64,000 nt of DNA from an uncultured archaeon (GTDB lineage: Archaea > Thermoproteota > Nitrososphaeria > Nitrososphaerales > Gagatemarchaeaceae): NCBI GenBank assembly GCA_963799775.1, contig CAWCYD010000003.1, positions 544,001 through 608,000 on the forward strand. The letters run 5' to 3'. Below the pieces are notes generated by a model, which saw nothing but the letters and a program-made list of their open reading frames with translations, ran no database searches and was not told the origin of the DNA. The position numbers and the translations under genes are program-made. Positions 19,425 through 29,901 of this stretch are shown one piece after another. The stretch's first letter is position 1. Each line of letters starts with the position of its first letter.

Positions 19425-22400
19425 CTACGTGTGCTGGAAGGTCATGAACGCCGAGTTCACGTAGTCGGTCACGATTATGGTATAGTAACCAGCGGCAGCG
19501 GTGGGCACCTGGAACGTCGTCCCTGCAGGTATGTTGCCAGAACTGGTCATCGTGAACGTCTTGAGCGTCGTTATCACGCCCACCGAGTTCATCCATCCTA
19601 TCGTGGCCTTTGCGTTCGCGTTGAACCCGCACGGGCTAGTGCAGGTGACGGAGATGGTCGCGCTCGTGGCCCCTGCCTGCGGGGATGTGGCCGCGTTCGC
19701 GTTTGTGACGTATCCTGTAGGATAGGGGATGGTCGCGCCGAACAGGGTGTGGTCGCTGTAGATCCCGCTCAGCTCGAACGTGGCCTGGAACCCCGCTATC
19801 TCGTCCAGGAGGTCAGTCGTGGTCGCTAGCGGCGTCATCGAGCCGAAGTACATCGTCACCGGGGTGTCGTACGGCAGCGTCACAAAGTCCTGGCTGGAGT
19901 TGTAGGCGACGAGCCCCGTACCGTCGATGTTCACACCCTGTATTATGAAGAAGACCGTGTTCTCGAAGAACTCGTCCTCGTCCGTCCCCACGGTCAGCAC
20001 CGATGTCGGGAAGACGGTTATTGTGCGGTGCTCCGGGTCGAGGTTGGTGAAAGACTCGCTCCACTCCAGCTTTATGTTCTCGGGCACCGCCAGCGCCGGG
20101 TATCCTCCCACCTGCTGCCCGTTCTGGGGATTGACCAGCGCGCTCAAGGCGATGGCGGACTCCACCCAGGTCTCTGAAGTGCTAAGGGTAAAGGATGCTG
20201 TCTGAGCACCTGTCGCAGTAGTCAGCGACTCAGTGCACCCGTTCGAGGCGTCGCTCCCGTCACACCCACCGGATCCGGTCTTCACGCTGGTATAGCCGGT
20301 CCCGACGGTGTACGTGGTTGACGAGGAAAACGTTTCCACGCTGCCTATCATGATCGGGCCGCTGCCGGGCGGCGTGATCGAACCGACGGACGCTGATGTC
20401 GACCCTGTCGCTGAGCTCCCAGTCGAACTTTCCATTCCTGTAGTTGTGTATCCGGCGAGCTCGTAGATGGAGACGGTGCCTACCACCGTCGAGCCGAACG
20501 TCGCCTTTATCGAGTCGGTGCCTGAACCCGCCGCCGTAGCGTACCAGATGTAGGAGTAATAGGTCTGGGTCTTGGGGGCGAACGCCAGCGCGACCTCGAC
20601 CCAGGGAGAAATGGGGCTGATCGTCATCGGGACCGTGGTCGCGGAACCGACTCCGAGCTGGTATTCTCCGCACCCAGTCACCGATGGGGAACTGCACGTT
20701 CCGGACAAGGTGTAGCCTGACCCGACCGTGTAGCCGGTAGACGCACTCTCTGTGTTACCTATGACCACCGAGCTTGCGCTCGGGGTCATCGAGGTGACCG
20801 AGGTCGAACCAGAGTTCGAAAACGAGCTTCCGGTCTCGCTCAGGAGCCCTGTAGCCGTCACGCTGCTAAGCTCATAGATTGAGACCGACCCCGCCACAGA
20901 CTGCCCGAAGCTCGCCGAGATGGTGTCCGATCCGGTGCTCCCCGCCGTGGCGTACCACATGTAAGAATAGTACGTCACAGCTGTGGCCGGCGTGAATGAC
21001 ATGGCTACCTCGACCCATGGAGTTGAGGCGCTAATCGTGAACGGCACTGTCGTAGCGGACCCGAGGCCCGTGGCGTATTCGTTGCAGCCCTGGGAGGCGT
21101 GGCTCGCATCGCATCCTCCGGCACCTGTCGCCACCGTCGCGTAGCCGCCGCCAGCTGTGTACTCTGTCGAAGCCGAGCCTGTCTCCACGTTGCCTACCAC
21201 GAACGAGTTCGAGTTCGGCGTTATGGAGCTTACGCTAGAGGCTGTTGATCCAGCGGATGAACTGCCTGTCGACGAGAGTATGCCCGAGGTCGAGTACCCG
21301 GCTATCTCATAGATCGAGATCGAGCCGGCGACGGCCGAGGCGAAAGTCGCAGTCACTGTGTCGGCTGCGGAGCTCGATGCCGTCGCGTACCAGATGTATG
21401 ATTCGTACGTCGTTCCCCCGCTGAGCACGGAGAGGGAGGTGCCCACCACGAACGTGTCCCCGAGAGTGTCCGTCACAGAGGTGGGAGACGCCGTGCCCTG
21501 CACCAAAGTCCCCAATGAGGTGGACGGCATAACTCCATTCGGCGGGTAGGCCCGCGCTCGCCCCCAATTGTACTCCATGCTTGCAGTGGAGCCTGAGGCC
21601 GTGCTGAACAGAAAGCCAAGATAGAGGTGCCCCGCGGCAGAAATGGGGTTCACGTTCACGACGCCGCTGTAGCCGTTTGTCGTCGAGTATAGCTGGGGAG
21701 CAACGTACCCGCTGTACCACGTCGAGGTGGTCCCAGGGTAAGACACTGAACCGAACTGCCATGCGGTGGAAGCGCTTCCCTGAGGGTTGACGTCTGTGGT
21801 TGCCGCCCCGCCTGTCACGTAGTCTTGGTTGAAGTACGCGCTGTTGTAGCCGTTGTTGGTCCCTATCGCGTTCTGGACGCTTCCTGCTGCGGAATTGTCA
21901 ACCAGACCGGCGGTGCCCGAGTCCGTTCCCGTCTTGGAGTTCTCGAAGTTGCTCTCGACCACTGTCCCCGTCGTCGTCATCTGAGTGCTGAAGACGAGAG
22001 GCGTTTCACTGGTGCCGTAGCCCGTCAGCTTGATCGCGGAGATGGTGCCTGCGCCGTAGGTCACGCCTGTGGCCTGCGCCAGTGCGTAAGACTGGCCTGC
22101 GACGAGAGAGAAGCTACCGGTGGCGGTGTTGCCGTTGAAGTACGAGTTGAAGACGTTTGCTCCGTTGTCGTACTGGCCGTACGTCGAGGTCAGGTTGGGA
22201 GCCTCTCCCCAGTAGTTGTCGTCGAAGTTCACGTTCGTGGATTCGAAGACAAGATAGACCGTCAAAGTCCCTCCGTTGCCCGCAATCGAGGATGTGAGCT
22301 TCACCCATGCGTTCGCGGAGGTGGAGCTGGAGCCGCTGGTGCTGCAGGTGCTCGAGCACGACTCGAGCCACGCGTAGAGGGGAGTGTTGCAGGCGTCGTC

Positions 22401-25046
22401 TGCACAGAAGCGGACGTTCCCCAAGTTCGTCGCCTCGTATGTCGAATATGAAGAGGGGTTCCAAGACACGAGTTCCTGGAACGTGGTCGGGGTGGCCGTC
22501 GCTGGCGCCGCCTGGATGGCGTCCGCGGTCATCATCCAGTTGTCGGACGAGTCGGTGGCAGTTCCGAACGACTCGGTGACGGTCGTTTGGGTGGTTGTAA
22601 CCGTCTTGTATTGGACCGCGGCCTCTGAACCCCCGCTGCCGCCTGTATTCTTCTGGACTTGAATCAGGCTGTATCCGGCACCCCCTGTCTCCGTCGGAAA
22701 GCTTGAGTCAGAGGTCGTCGTGAGCCCTGCAAACCCAAGGATCATATCGTTCGCATTGCTCGTGGAGATGCCAGTCACGGAAGGTGTTCCCGCCGTTGTG
22801 GCCGTCGCGCTCTTCGGCAGCGCTACGTTCGCGTCCCACGGGGTCACTATGTTCGCGCCGTTTACGCCGAGCGCCACTATCGAGCAGTCGTCCGTGGACC
22901 CTGAAAGCGTGACCGTGATCTGCACTGAGGAGAGCGCCAAAGGAGAGTATGCCCACCAAACTTCCCCATCGGAGTACGGGGAGGAACTGATAGAGCTCGT
23001 CGACCTGTGTGCGAAGGACAGCCCGGTCGCAGTTACGCTGCTCACCGACCTGACCGAAGCGTGCGTGGTGTCCTCGTTGGCTACATAGACTAAGATGATG
23101 TCGTTCGAGTCCGCAGTCGAGAGGGTGACATGGCCCGAAGTGGCAGTGGAGAACGAACCAGTCGCCGAACCGTCAAGGAAATGACCCGGAGTTGCGCAAC
23201 TGGAGGAGGCGGCCTGGATCGCGTCCCCAATCATCGTCCAGTTGGTGTTGGCGACTCCGAACGACGCAGAGACTCCCGCTTGGGTCGAGCTTACCAGCTG
23301 ATACTCGGCCGCCACCTCGTCGGCACCAGTGCCTCCCGAGTTCACCTGTGTCTGTATCAGGGTGTATCCGGAGCCCGCGGTCTCGGTGGAAGGGGCACCT
23401 GCGCCCGGAACGGAGTCCCCGTTCACTCCGAACAGGATGTCTGCCGCGTTGCTCGTGGAGATGCCGCTCACCGACGGGGCTTGAGATGCGGTGTTGCTGT
23501 TGTAAGCGGGTATCGCGCCGTTGGTGTCCCAAGGGGTGCTCGTGTTTGCACCGTTCACTCCAAAGGCCACTATAGATGCGTCGTCGATGGAGCCCGTCAA
23601 GGTCACGGTTATCGAGGCGGATGACAGGGTCGATGATGCCAGCGCCCACCAGACCTCGGTGTCTTCATAGGGCGCAGAGTTCTGCGTGACTGCCGATCTG
23701 TTGTGGAAGGTGAGGCCTGTCGACGTCACCCCGCTCACGGTCCTTAGCACGCCGTTCGCGGTGTTCTCGTTGTTCACCGCGACCACTATGATGTCGTTCG
23801 TCTTGCCCGTGGTCAGCGTGACGGCACCCGTGTTCGTGCTCGAGAAGGAACCTGTGGCGCTCCCGTCGATGGATAGCGACGACGACAGCAACTGGCAGTT
23901 CGTTATGGTCACGGGCACGTAGTTGTATGGCGTCGTGGTTGGCCAGCCGAGCCCGTAGACGAGAGTATTGCCGTAGGTGACAGCCGAAGAGTACGCCAAG
24001 GCGCACGTCGCGGCGTTGCAGTTCGCAAGGTACCTATGCTGGACGACCGACGGAGACGGTGGGTTGTAGGTCACAGACTGCGACGCTCCCAGCGTGAACG
24101 CATCGTTGAAGGTGTCAGTGGGCGCAGAAGGGGCAGCCTCGTTGGCCCATCCCAACCCGAAGACCAGGGTGTCGCCCGATGATACCGCCGAAGAATAGGC
24201 CAGCCCGCACGCCGCCGCGTTGCAGTTCGAAGTGTATCTCTCCTGTACGAGCCCCGGGCTGTAGGTGTGTATGACGGAGTTCGAGGCGCCCAGGGTGAAG
24301 GTAGAACCGAGGGTGTCGGTCGGGGTGGATGGGGGACTCTGCCCATACCAACCTAGTGCGTAGAGCAACGTGTCCGCCACGGTCACCGCCGAGCCGTACG
24401 AGAGTGAGCATTGGTTCGAGTTGCAGTTCGCGGTGTAGCCTTTCTGCACTATCGACGTCGGCTCCGCGTTCAGGGCGTGCCACCTGAACTGGTTGAGGTT
24501 GACCACAACGGACTCGCTCGATGCTGCGTTGTTCACGTTGTTCGCGACCGTGGCCGGGTAGGTCTGGGAGAACGTGTTCCCCCGAGCCGTGAGCACTATC
24601 ACTTCGTCCACTCCGCTGACGTACAGATACCCGGTGTCGAATATCGCCGATCCGCTGCCTACGTTGACGACGCTCCATAGCGTAGGGGTCGTGTTCCCGC
24701 AGGACGCGGAGGCAGGCTGACCGACCCCGTCGCACTTCAAGAGAGCGCCCGTCTGAGATTGGACGTATACGGCAGTCATGTTGATGACAACGCCCGAAGT
24801 GTTATTCACGTAGAACCCTACGTCCCCGTTGGGTTCCAGAGTCGTAGTGACCTGGAGGCTCTCGGCAGAGGCTCCTTGCAGCTTGTTGGTTGCGCCGACG
24901 AGGTTCTGCGCGTAGGATGCGTTCAGGTTGTTCACGAAGATGAAGTACGACGTTCCGACGGTGAACAGGATCGCAAACATGATGATCGTCGCGATGATGC
25001 CTGCGATACCCCTCCTCCTGCGCCGTGCTATCGGTCCCATCTTCAT
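19425..25046 (-). CDS. 1873-aa minor pilin/adhesin with class III signal peptide, nested repeats and DUF2341-like domain
   Basis: RRRRRG/IAGIIATII signal; S/T-rich; repeats visible; NVRF...LYAWLE...WVKL...YWGEAP.L...YGQYDNG..VF...RAYPPNGVMP. Confidence 0.9.
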   Translation of the reverse strand: MKMGPIARRRRRGIAGIIATIIMFAILFTVGTSYFIFVNNLNASYAQNLVGATNKLQGASAESLQVTTTLEPNGDVGFYVNNTSGVVINMTAVYVQSQTGALLKCDGVGQPASASCGNTTPTLWSVVNVGSGSAIFDTGYLYVSGVDEVIVLTARGNTFSQTYPATVANNVNNAASSESVVVNLNQFRWHALNAEPTSIVQKGYTANCNSNQCSLSYGSAVTVADTLLYALGWYGQSPPSTPTDTLGSTFTLGASNSVIHTYSPGLVQERYTSNCNAAACGLAYSSAVSSGDTLVFGLGWANEAAPSAPTDTFNDAFTLGASQSVTYNPPSPSVVQHRYLANCNAATCALAYSSAVTYGNTLVYGLGWPTTTPYNYVPVTITNCQLLSSSLSIDGSATGSFSSTNTGAVTLTTGKTNDIIVVAVNNENTANGVLRTVSGVTSTGLTFHNRSAVTQNSAPYEDTEVWWALASSTLSSASITVTLTGSIDDASIVAFGVNGANTSTPWDTNGAIPAYNSNTASQAPSVSGISTSNAADILFGVNGDSVPGAGAPSTETAGSGYTLIQTQVNSGGTGADEVAAEYQLVSSTQAGVSASFGVANTNWTMIGDAIQAASSSCATPGHFLDGSATGSFSTATSGHVTLSTADSNDIILVYVANEDTTHASVRSVSSVTATGLSFAHRSTSSISSSPYSDGEVWWAYSPLALSSVQITVTLSGSTDDCSIVALGVNGANIVTPWDANVALPKSATATTAGTPSVTGISTSNANDMILGFAGLTTTSDSSFPTETGGAGYSLIQVQKNTGGSGGSEAAVQYKTVTTTQTTVTESFGTATDSSDNWMMTADAIQAAPATATPTTFQELVSWNPSSYSTYEATNLGNVRFCADDACNTPLYAWLESCSSTCSTSGSSSTSANAWVKLTSSIAGNGGTLTVYLVFESTNVNFDDNYWGEAPNLTSTYGQYDNGANVFNSYFNGNTATGSFSLVAGQSYALAQATGVTYGAGTISAIKLTGYGTSETPLVFSTQMTTTGTVVESNFENSKTGTDSGTAGLVDNSAAGSVQNAIGTNNGYNSAYFNQDYVTGGAATTDVNPQGSASTAWQFGSVSYPGTTSTWYSGYVAPQLYSTTNGYSGVVNVNPISAAGHLYLGFLFSTASGSTASMEYNWGRARAYPPNGVMPSTSLGTLVQGTASPTSVTDTLGDTFVVGTSLSVLSGGTTYESYIWYATASSSAADTVTATFASAVAGSISIYEIAGYSTSGILSSTGSSSAGSTASSVSSITPNSNSFVVGNVETGSASTEYTAGGGYATVATGAGGCDASHASQGCNEYATGLGSATTVPFTISASTPWVEVAMSFTPATAVTYYSYMWYATAGSTGSDTISASFGQSVAGSVSIYELSSVTATGLLSETGSSFSNSGSTSVTSMTPSASSVVIGNTESASTGYTVGSGYTLSGTCSSPSVTGCGEYQLGVGSATTVPMTISPISPWVEVALAFAPKTQTYYSYIWYATAAGSGTDSIKATFGSTVVGTVSIYELAGYTTTGMESSTGSSATGSTSASVGSITPPGSGPIMIGSVETFSSSTTYTVGTGYTSVKTGSGGCDGSDASNGCTESLTTATGAQTASFTLSTSETWVESAIALSALVNPQNGQQVGGYPALAVPENIKLEWSESFTNLDPEHRTITVFPTSVLTVGTDEDEFFENTVFFIIQGVNIDGTGLVAYNSSQDFVTLPYDTPVTMYFGSMTPLATTTDLLDEIAGFQATFELSGIYSDHTLFGATIPYPTGYVTNANAATSPQAGATSATISVTCTSPCGFNANAKATIGWMNSVGVITTLKTFTMTSSGNIPAGTTFQVPTAAAGYYTIIVTDYVNSAFMTFQHT

Positions 25047-25053
25047 TTCAGGG

Positions 25054-25650
25054 TCACCGGGTCGCCGAGTGGGTCACGACGTTGCCGTATAGTCCGGTGA
25101 CGACTACCGAGTAGGTCGTCCCCGAGACGAGGCTGTAGCCAAAGGACGGGCAGTTGGTGACCGTTCCTGGGATGGTCAACGTGTAGATCTGCGCGTCAGA
25201 GCTCTTCACGTCGGTCCCCGAGACGGTGGGAACCTCGTAGGCTGACGCAGCCGTCTTGCATTTTGTGGCAAGACTACTCGAGAGGTCGTACACGTAGTCC
25301 GTCTTGACGCCTTGGGCGTTGGTGGTGTAGTTGTAAAGGAGGTTGATGGTCCCCGACGGGCCGAAAAATCGAACAGAGTACGCCTGATACGTCAGCGCGC
25401 CCGTGTTGTAGACCCAGAAGGTCGTAGAGGTCGCGGCGCTGTAATATTGGTCGATTACGTTGAAATGTTCGGCAAGATAGTTGTTGGTTCCTACCACTCC
25501 GTTCTGCAGTGCCAGCTCGCTGACCGCCGATTGAGACCTGACAAAGCTCCAAGCGGCAGCGCCCGCGATCAGCGTCATAGCAATAGCTAGCATCGCCCCT
25601 ATTGTCTCTGATACGGCAACGCGCCTGTTCTTACGACTAGAATACCTCAA
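25054..25650 (-). CDS. Minor type IV pilin
   Basis: RRVA/VSETIGAML class III signal; ends VVTGLYGN. Confidence 0.85.
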   Translation of the reverse strand: MRYSSRKNRRVAVSETIGAMLAIAMTLIAGAAAWSFVRSQSAVSELALQNGVVGTNNYLAEHFNVIDQYYSAATSTTFWVYNTGALTYQAYSVRFFGPSGTINLLYNYTTNAQGVKTDYVYDLSSSLATKCKTAASAYEVPTVSGTDVKSSDAQIYTLTIPGTVTNCPSFGYSLVSGTTYSVVVTGLYGNVVTHSATR

Positions 25651-25687
25651 GATTTGGCGATTTTTGCCCTTCCATCTATATTATCGG

Positions 25688-25708
25688 TTATGGACTTACA
25701 ATCTGTAT
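25688..25708. promoter_or_regulatory. Shared operator upstream of minor pilin operon
   Basis: TTATGGAC-n5-ATCTGTAT next to reverse TAATATAG. Confidence 0.7.
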
Positions 25709-25871
25709 CTCTGCTCGCCCATTCTTACAAGAAAACGCTGCTTGCGGGTTGCGTGCGGCGAAGAGCGCGTATCAGACTTGGTAATATCGGATAAGGATGT
25801 TAGCGGTTGCATGAACTATTTCATAAACTATATATGGATACACTAACACTCTTCTATGTGACGAAAACAGA

Positions 25872-26210
25872 ATGACATACCTGCAAAAATCGGCGGGCGT
25901 GGCGCAAATGGATCAGACATCTGTTCGAAAGACGGTGAACAGGAGATCGCAGCTCGAGATCAGGATGGACATCCTGCGGGCAATCATGGAAGGGGCGGAA
26001 GGACCGACTCAGATCATGTACAAGGCGAACCTCTCCTGGATCCTGCTTTGCGACCACTTGACGGCCCTTGGAGAGCAGGGGTTCGTAGGCGAAAAGAGCG
26101 TCGGCAACAGGAAAAAGTACTCCTTGACCGGTAAGGGCATCGAGATCGTCGGAGCCTATCTTAACTTGATAAGGGAGATAGTCTTTGACACGGCCGCGGC
26201 TCCGATGTAG
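25872..26210 (+). CDS. Winged-helix regulator (HTH_45 family)
   Basis: RRSQLEI..DIL...TQIMYKANLSW...Y.LT.KG. Confidence 0.9.
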   Translation: MTYLQKSAGVAQMDQTSVRKTVNRRSQLEIRMDILRAIMEGAEGPTQIMYKANLSWILLCDHLTALGEQGFVGEKSVGNRKKYSLTGKGIEIVGAYLNLIREIVFDTAAAPM

Positions 26211-26279
26211 AGTCAAAAAGCAGCTCAAGCAAAGCAAAGCGAATGCAACGGGCATTCGGTTGAAAGGTTAATATCCCGA

Positions 26280-26546
26280 ATGAGGGGCAACAAGCCCGGC
26301 TACGGAATGGGCGAAAGCGAAACAGCCCCTGGGTCTTACATAATTTGCAATATCTGCAATAGGGACTTTCGCGACCGAACCGAGCTGATCGAGCACCTCC
26401 GCACCGAGCACGAGATCCTCGAGCTCGCGTCTTACACCGCGGCGACCATGGCGGCCGAACAGGAGCGCGACAGGACCGCGGCAGAGTTCAGGAGGAGGTT
26501 CGAGCTGCTAAAGAGGGAGCTCGCCGGACACACCGAGCAGCGCTAA
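26280..26546 (+). CDS. C2H2 zinc finger plus helical tail
   Basis: CNICNRDF....L.EHLRTEH. Confidence 0.8.
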   Translation: MRGNKPGYGMGESETAPGSYIICNICNRDFRDRTELIEHLRTEHEILELASYTAATMAAEQERDRTAAEFRRRFELLKRELAGHTEQR

Positions 26547-26593
26547 GAGCGTCTAGCCTTTATTAAGGCCCTGACGTGGAAGTCAAATTCCGC

Positions 26594-26824
26594 ATGGCCG
26601 ACGAGCCTATCATCGACATGACCAAAGTCTCCGACAAGGGGCAGGTTGTCATCCCCAAGGAGATCCGTGATAAGTTAAAGTTCAGCGAAGGCTCGAAGCT
26701 CCTCGTGATAGCCACAGAAGACGCCGTGATACTTCAGAGGATCGAGACGGTGGCTGGCAAGATGCGAGTCAAGGACATAATGGACAAGGTCAGGTCCATC
26801 GCGAGCAAGATCTCTCTCGGCTAG
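26594..26824 (+). CDS. AbrB/MazE/SpoVT-family DNA-binding protein
   Basis: KVSDKGQVVIPKEIRDKL...G.KL. Confidence 0.9.
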   Translation: MADEPIIDMTKVSDKGQVVIPKEIRDKLKFSEGSKLLVIATEDAVILQRIETVAGKMRVKDIMDKVRSIASKISLG

Positions 26825-26869
26825 TGCCGAGGGTTCGGATGTCTAGGATTCTGGTTTGCGGGCGCAGAC

Positions 26870-27076
26870 CTACTGAGTTATCTCGTCGCCGAGCCCGTGT
26901 TCCTTTTGCAGATGCTCACGGTATGTCGATTCGTCTCTCGGCGTCATCTTGGCCAGGCTGGGATAGATGTTCAGCACAAACCAGCAGAACGAGCAGCTGG
27001 TGCTCGAGTGTGCCTTTGCCTGGACATCAACTGAGTATGCCTTCTCTGCCTCTCTTCCTGGAGCCTGAGCCGTCAT
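26870..27076 (-). CDS. C2H2-like zinc-finger micro-protein
   Basis: SSTSCSFCWFV...HLQKEHGL; paralog of 19021. Confidence 0.85.
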   Translation of the reverse strand: MTAQAPGREAEKAYSVDVQAKAHSSTSCSFCWFVLNIYPSLAKMTPRDESTYREHLQKEHGLGDEITQ

Positions 27077-27185
27077 TGTCGAAGGGGAAGCCGTCGACGA
27101 GCTACTTGTCGTTTCTAGCCCAAACCCCCATGACAAACAGCTCGCCGTCTGGAAATCGGCTACGACCCGCCATCCGGGTATGTGC

Positions 27186-29812
27186 TTACTCCAGGGACGT
27201 GTCGAAGTCTTCCTCGCCGGAGCCGCCCTTGCCTCTGCGCCTCCTGACAAGGAATATGGCTGCCACCGCGCCGCCAGCGCCGCCGATGGGAAGAAGCAGC
27301 ATGGGGAAAGTGGTGAGCTGCTGCGTAAGCGTGGGCTTTGGCTTCAGAGCGTGCTTGGGTGGTGGAGGAAGGCTGACCTTCACCGTGAAATTGAGGGTCT
27401 TGGTGGAGAGACCATATGGGACTGTCACGGAAACGATAGCTGTGCCGACCTTGTTCGGCTTGTATATTGCGGTTGAGGAACCCTGAGCGTCTGTAGTTCC
27501 ATTCACCTGCGGTGTTCCTGTCGGGGCAGCCGTCGTGGTGGATCTTGTGGAGGTCGTGTTGGTCTCGGTCGTGCTGGTTGAGCTGTTGGAGGGAGGCGCT
27601 GCGAGGACCACGTTGCCGATGGATGCCTTCCAGAGCACCTGAGCGCCAGCATTGGGCAGGCCGTCCACTAGGAGGCTCACTGATATGACGGCCGATTGGT
27701 TCGTAAAGATCGCGGCGGGGCACTCCGGTAATAGTCGCCTGAGTTGGGAAGGGGAGGAACGTGACGGAGACGAGGGCGATCGCCAGGCCCGGAACAGAGA
27801 TAGTCAGCGTCGTGGTGCCTGGGACTCGCGGTTGCAGAGGCACGTACACAAAGTCTTGTCCGAGGCCAACCGAGGCGCTCGTCACTTGCGATATCACGGT
27901 GCTGTTCGAGGACGTAAGAGTCATGTTCATCGGAGCTCTTGCTCGCGCCGGATTCCCGGCTGAATCGGTGAGCTGGACGGCAATCGAGGAATAGAGATTG
28001 GAGGCTTTGGGGCTGAAGATGAGAACATTCAAGTCAGGCACCTCCGGCCGATATCGCGGATGGAGCAGGGATTACAGCCTCGACACCCACGGTGGAGCTT
28101 GTGGTGCCGCTCGTGAAGGAAGAGACAAGTGCGGTGACATTGGACCCGCCCTGCAGAAACCCTGTGGTGACGTTGAGGACAGCGAACGTCTGACCGGCCG
28201 GAATAACGGCATTGCTGACTCCGATGATCTCACTTTGAGACGACGTGAGGCTGACCGGGACGTCGGAGGCAGCGATCGCCGGATTGCCAAGGGCATCCTC
28301 CAACGAGAGTTCCAGTGCTGGATGTGACGCTCCGTCAGCAGGAAGATTCCCAGAGATTGCGCTAACGACAACTTGTGCTGGAACAGAACCATAGGTCTGA
28401 AGGGGAGTCTGGGCCGGCAGCATGTTCTGGGCAGAAGCAGTCAGCTGGGTTGTCCCGACTTGATAGGTTGAGGTGAAGGTGACAGCCGCCCAGTTTTGGC
28501 CCTTTGGAATAGCGAAAGTGATGGTGGTAAAGTTACCCACGCCTGTGATCGACGACGTGAGGGTGATCTCGGTCGGTCCAGTGTCGTTGACGGCGGGAGC
28601 CCCGCTGAGTACCGCCTGGAGCGAGACGACTACTGAGCTGTACGACCGATGATCGGCCAAGACTGGATTGGGCCCAGCATAAATCTGCAGCTGACAGCTT
28701 GACGATGGCCCAGTCTTGCAGTATGTGGGGCTGATTACGGTAGGTGAGGTCACCGTGATTGTGGCGAAGCTGGATTGCAATCCTGGAGAACTCGCGGTGA
28801 CTTCAGCCTCATCGGGGGTCGAACCCACTATCGATGTCGCAGTTACCGTGAAAGTAGCGATGGCGGTTATGTTTCCTTCCTTGATTGTCGTCGTTTCCGT
28901 TGCATTTACGACGGCAAGATCAGAGCTTCGAATCTGCACCTGGATATCCCTGGTTGCCCTGGTCGGGTTGCCGTTCGAGTCGGTGAGTGCCACTACAAGT
29001 CTTCCATTACAAGAGGTGACGTTGTTCGTGCATGCAGGCATGAAGCTAGGCTGTGCCAGCATCTTGAGTGTCAGAGGAGGAGAACCCAACACCGTTATGG
29101 CGACGGCTCCGGAACCGAAGCCCGGCGCAGTGGCTGTGATGAAGGCAGAACCGGGGACAAACCCGCTGGTGTAGTTCAGTTCCCGCAGATACTCTCCCTG
29201 CTTCATCACTGTGGATGCTGCTGTGACGTTCACGACGTTTGAGTTTGAAGAATAAAGCGATATGGGGACATCATCTATCGCCTTCGCCGGCAGTCCTAGA
29301 TCGTCCACCAGCTGAAGAACAACGAAACCAGTGCTGGCTGCGCTCGCTGGAACGATGTTCGGCACCGCGCTGACCACCAGGCGCGTCGGATAGCCGACCG
29401 CGACCACGGTGGTGACCGAGGTCGAAGCTGTCTGCAGACCTGTAGTCGTCGCCGTGATAGTTGTGACACCAGGAGTGTGCGTCGTGGTAAAGTTCGCAAC
29501 CGCATAAGCATCGTCGGCGGGTATCACGACCTGATTCGTCACCTTCCCCACGTTTGCGGTCGACGAAGTGAGAGAGATGTCGAGGTCGGTCAGCGCCACA
29601 GTAGGCCTGCCTGATCCGTCGACGACAGAAACGATGATTGCCGGGTAGGTGTTATTGTCGGCAGGTAGCTTCGAGGGTATTGGAGAGACAGCAAGGGATA
29701 GCGGAGCGCGTCCCGTGGCAGCTGATGTTGCATCTCCCATAGGAATCGTTCCCATTGCTATCAGAGAGGCCAGAAAGATGCAAATGCCAAACCTGACCGA
29801 ATTACTTCGCAA
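27186..29812 (-). CDS. Surface protein with about six Ig-like repeats and C-terminal TM anchor (indels near 28045 and 27715)
   Basis: Repeats of LPAD...V.L.D..GNP..A..D..I.LTSS; signal peptide; TM followed by RRRRGK. Confidence 0.85.
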
Positions 29813-29901
29813 CTATTTCGCAAAACAAGCGCTTATGATGATATTTAGACATGGTAGATGTCGTAGTCCAGATTTGGAATCCATCGCTAAGGGCGGTCTG
29901 G

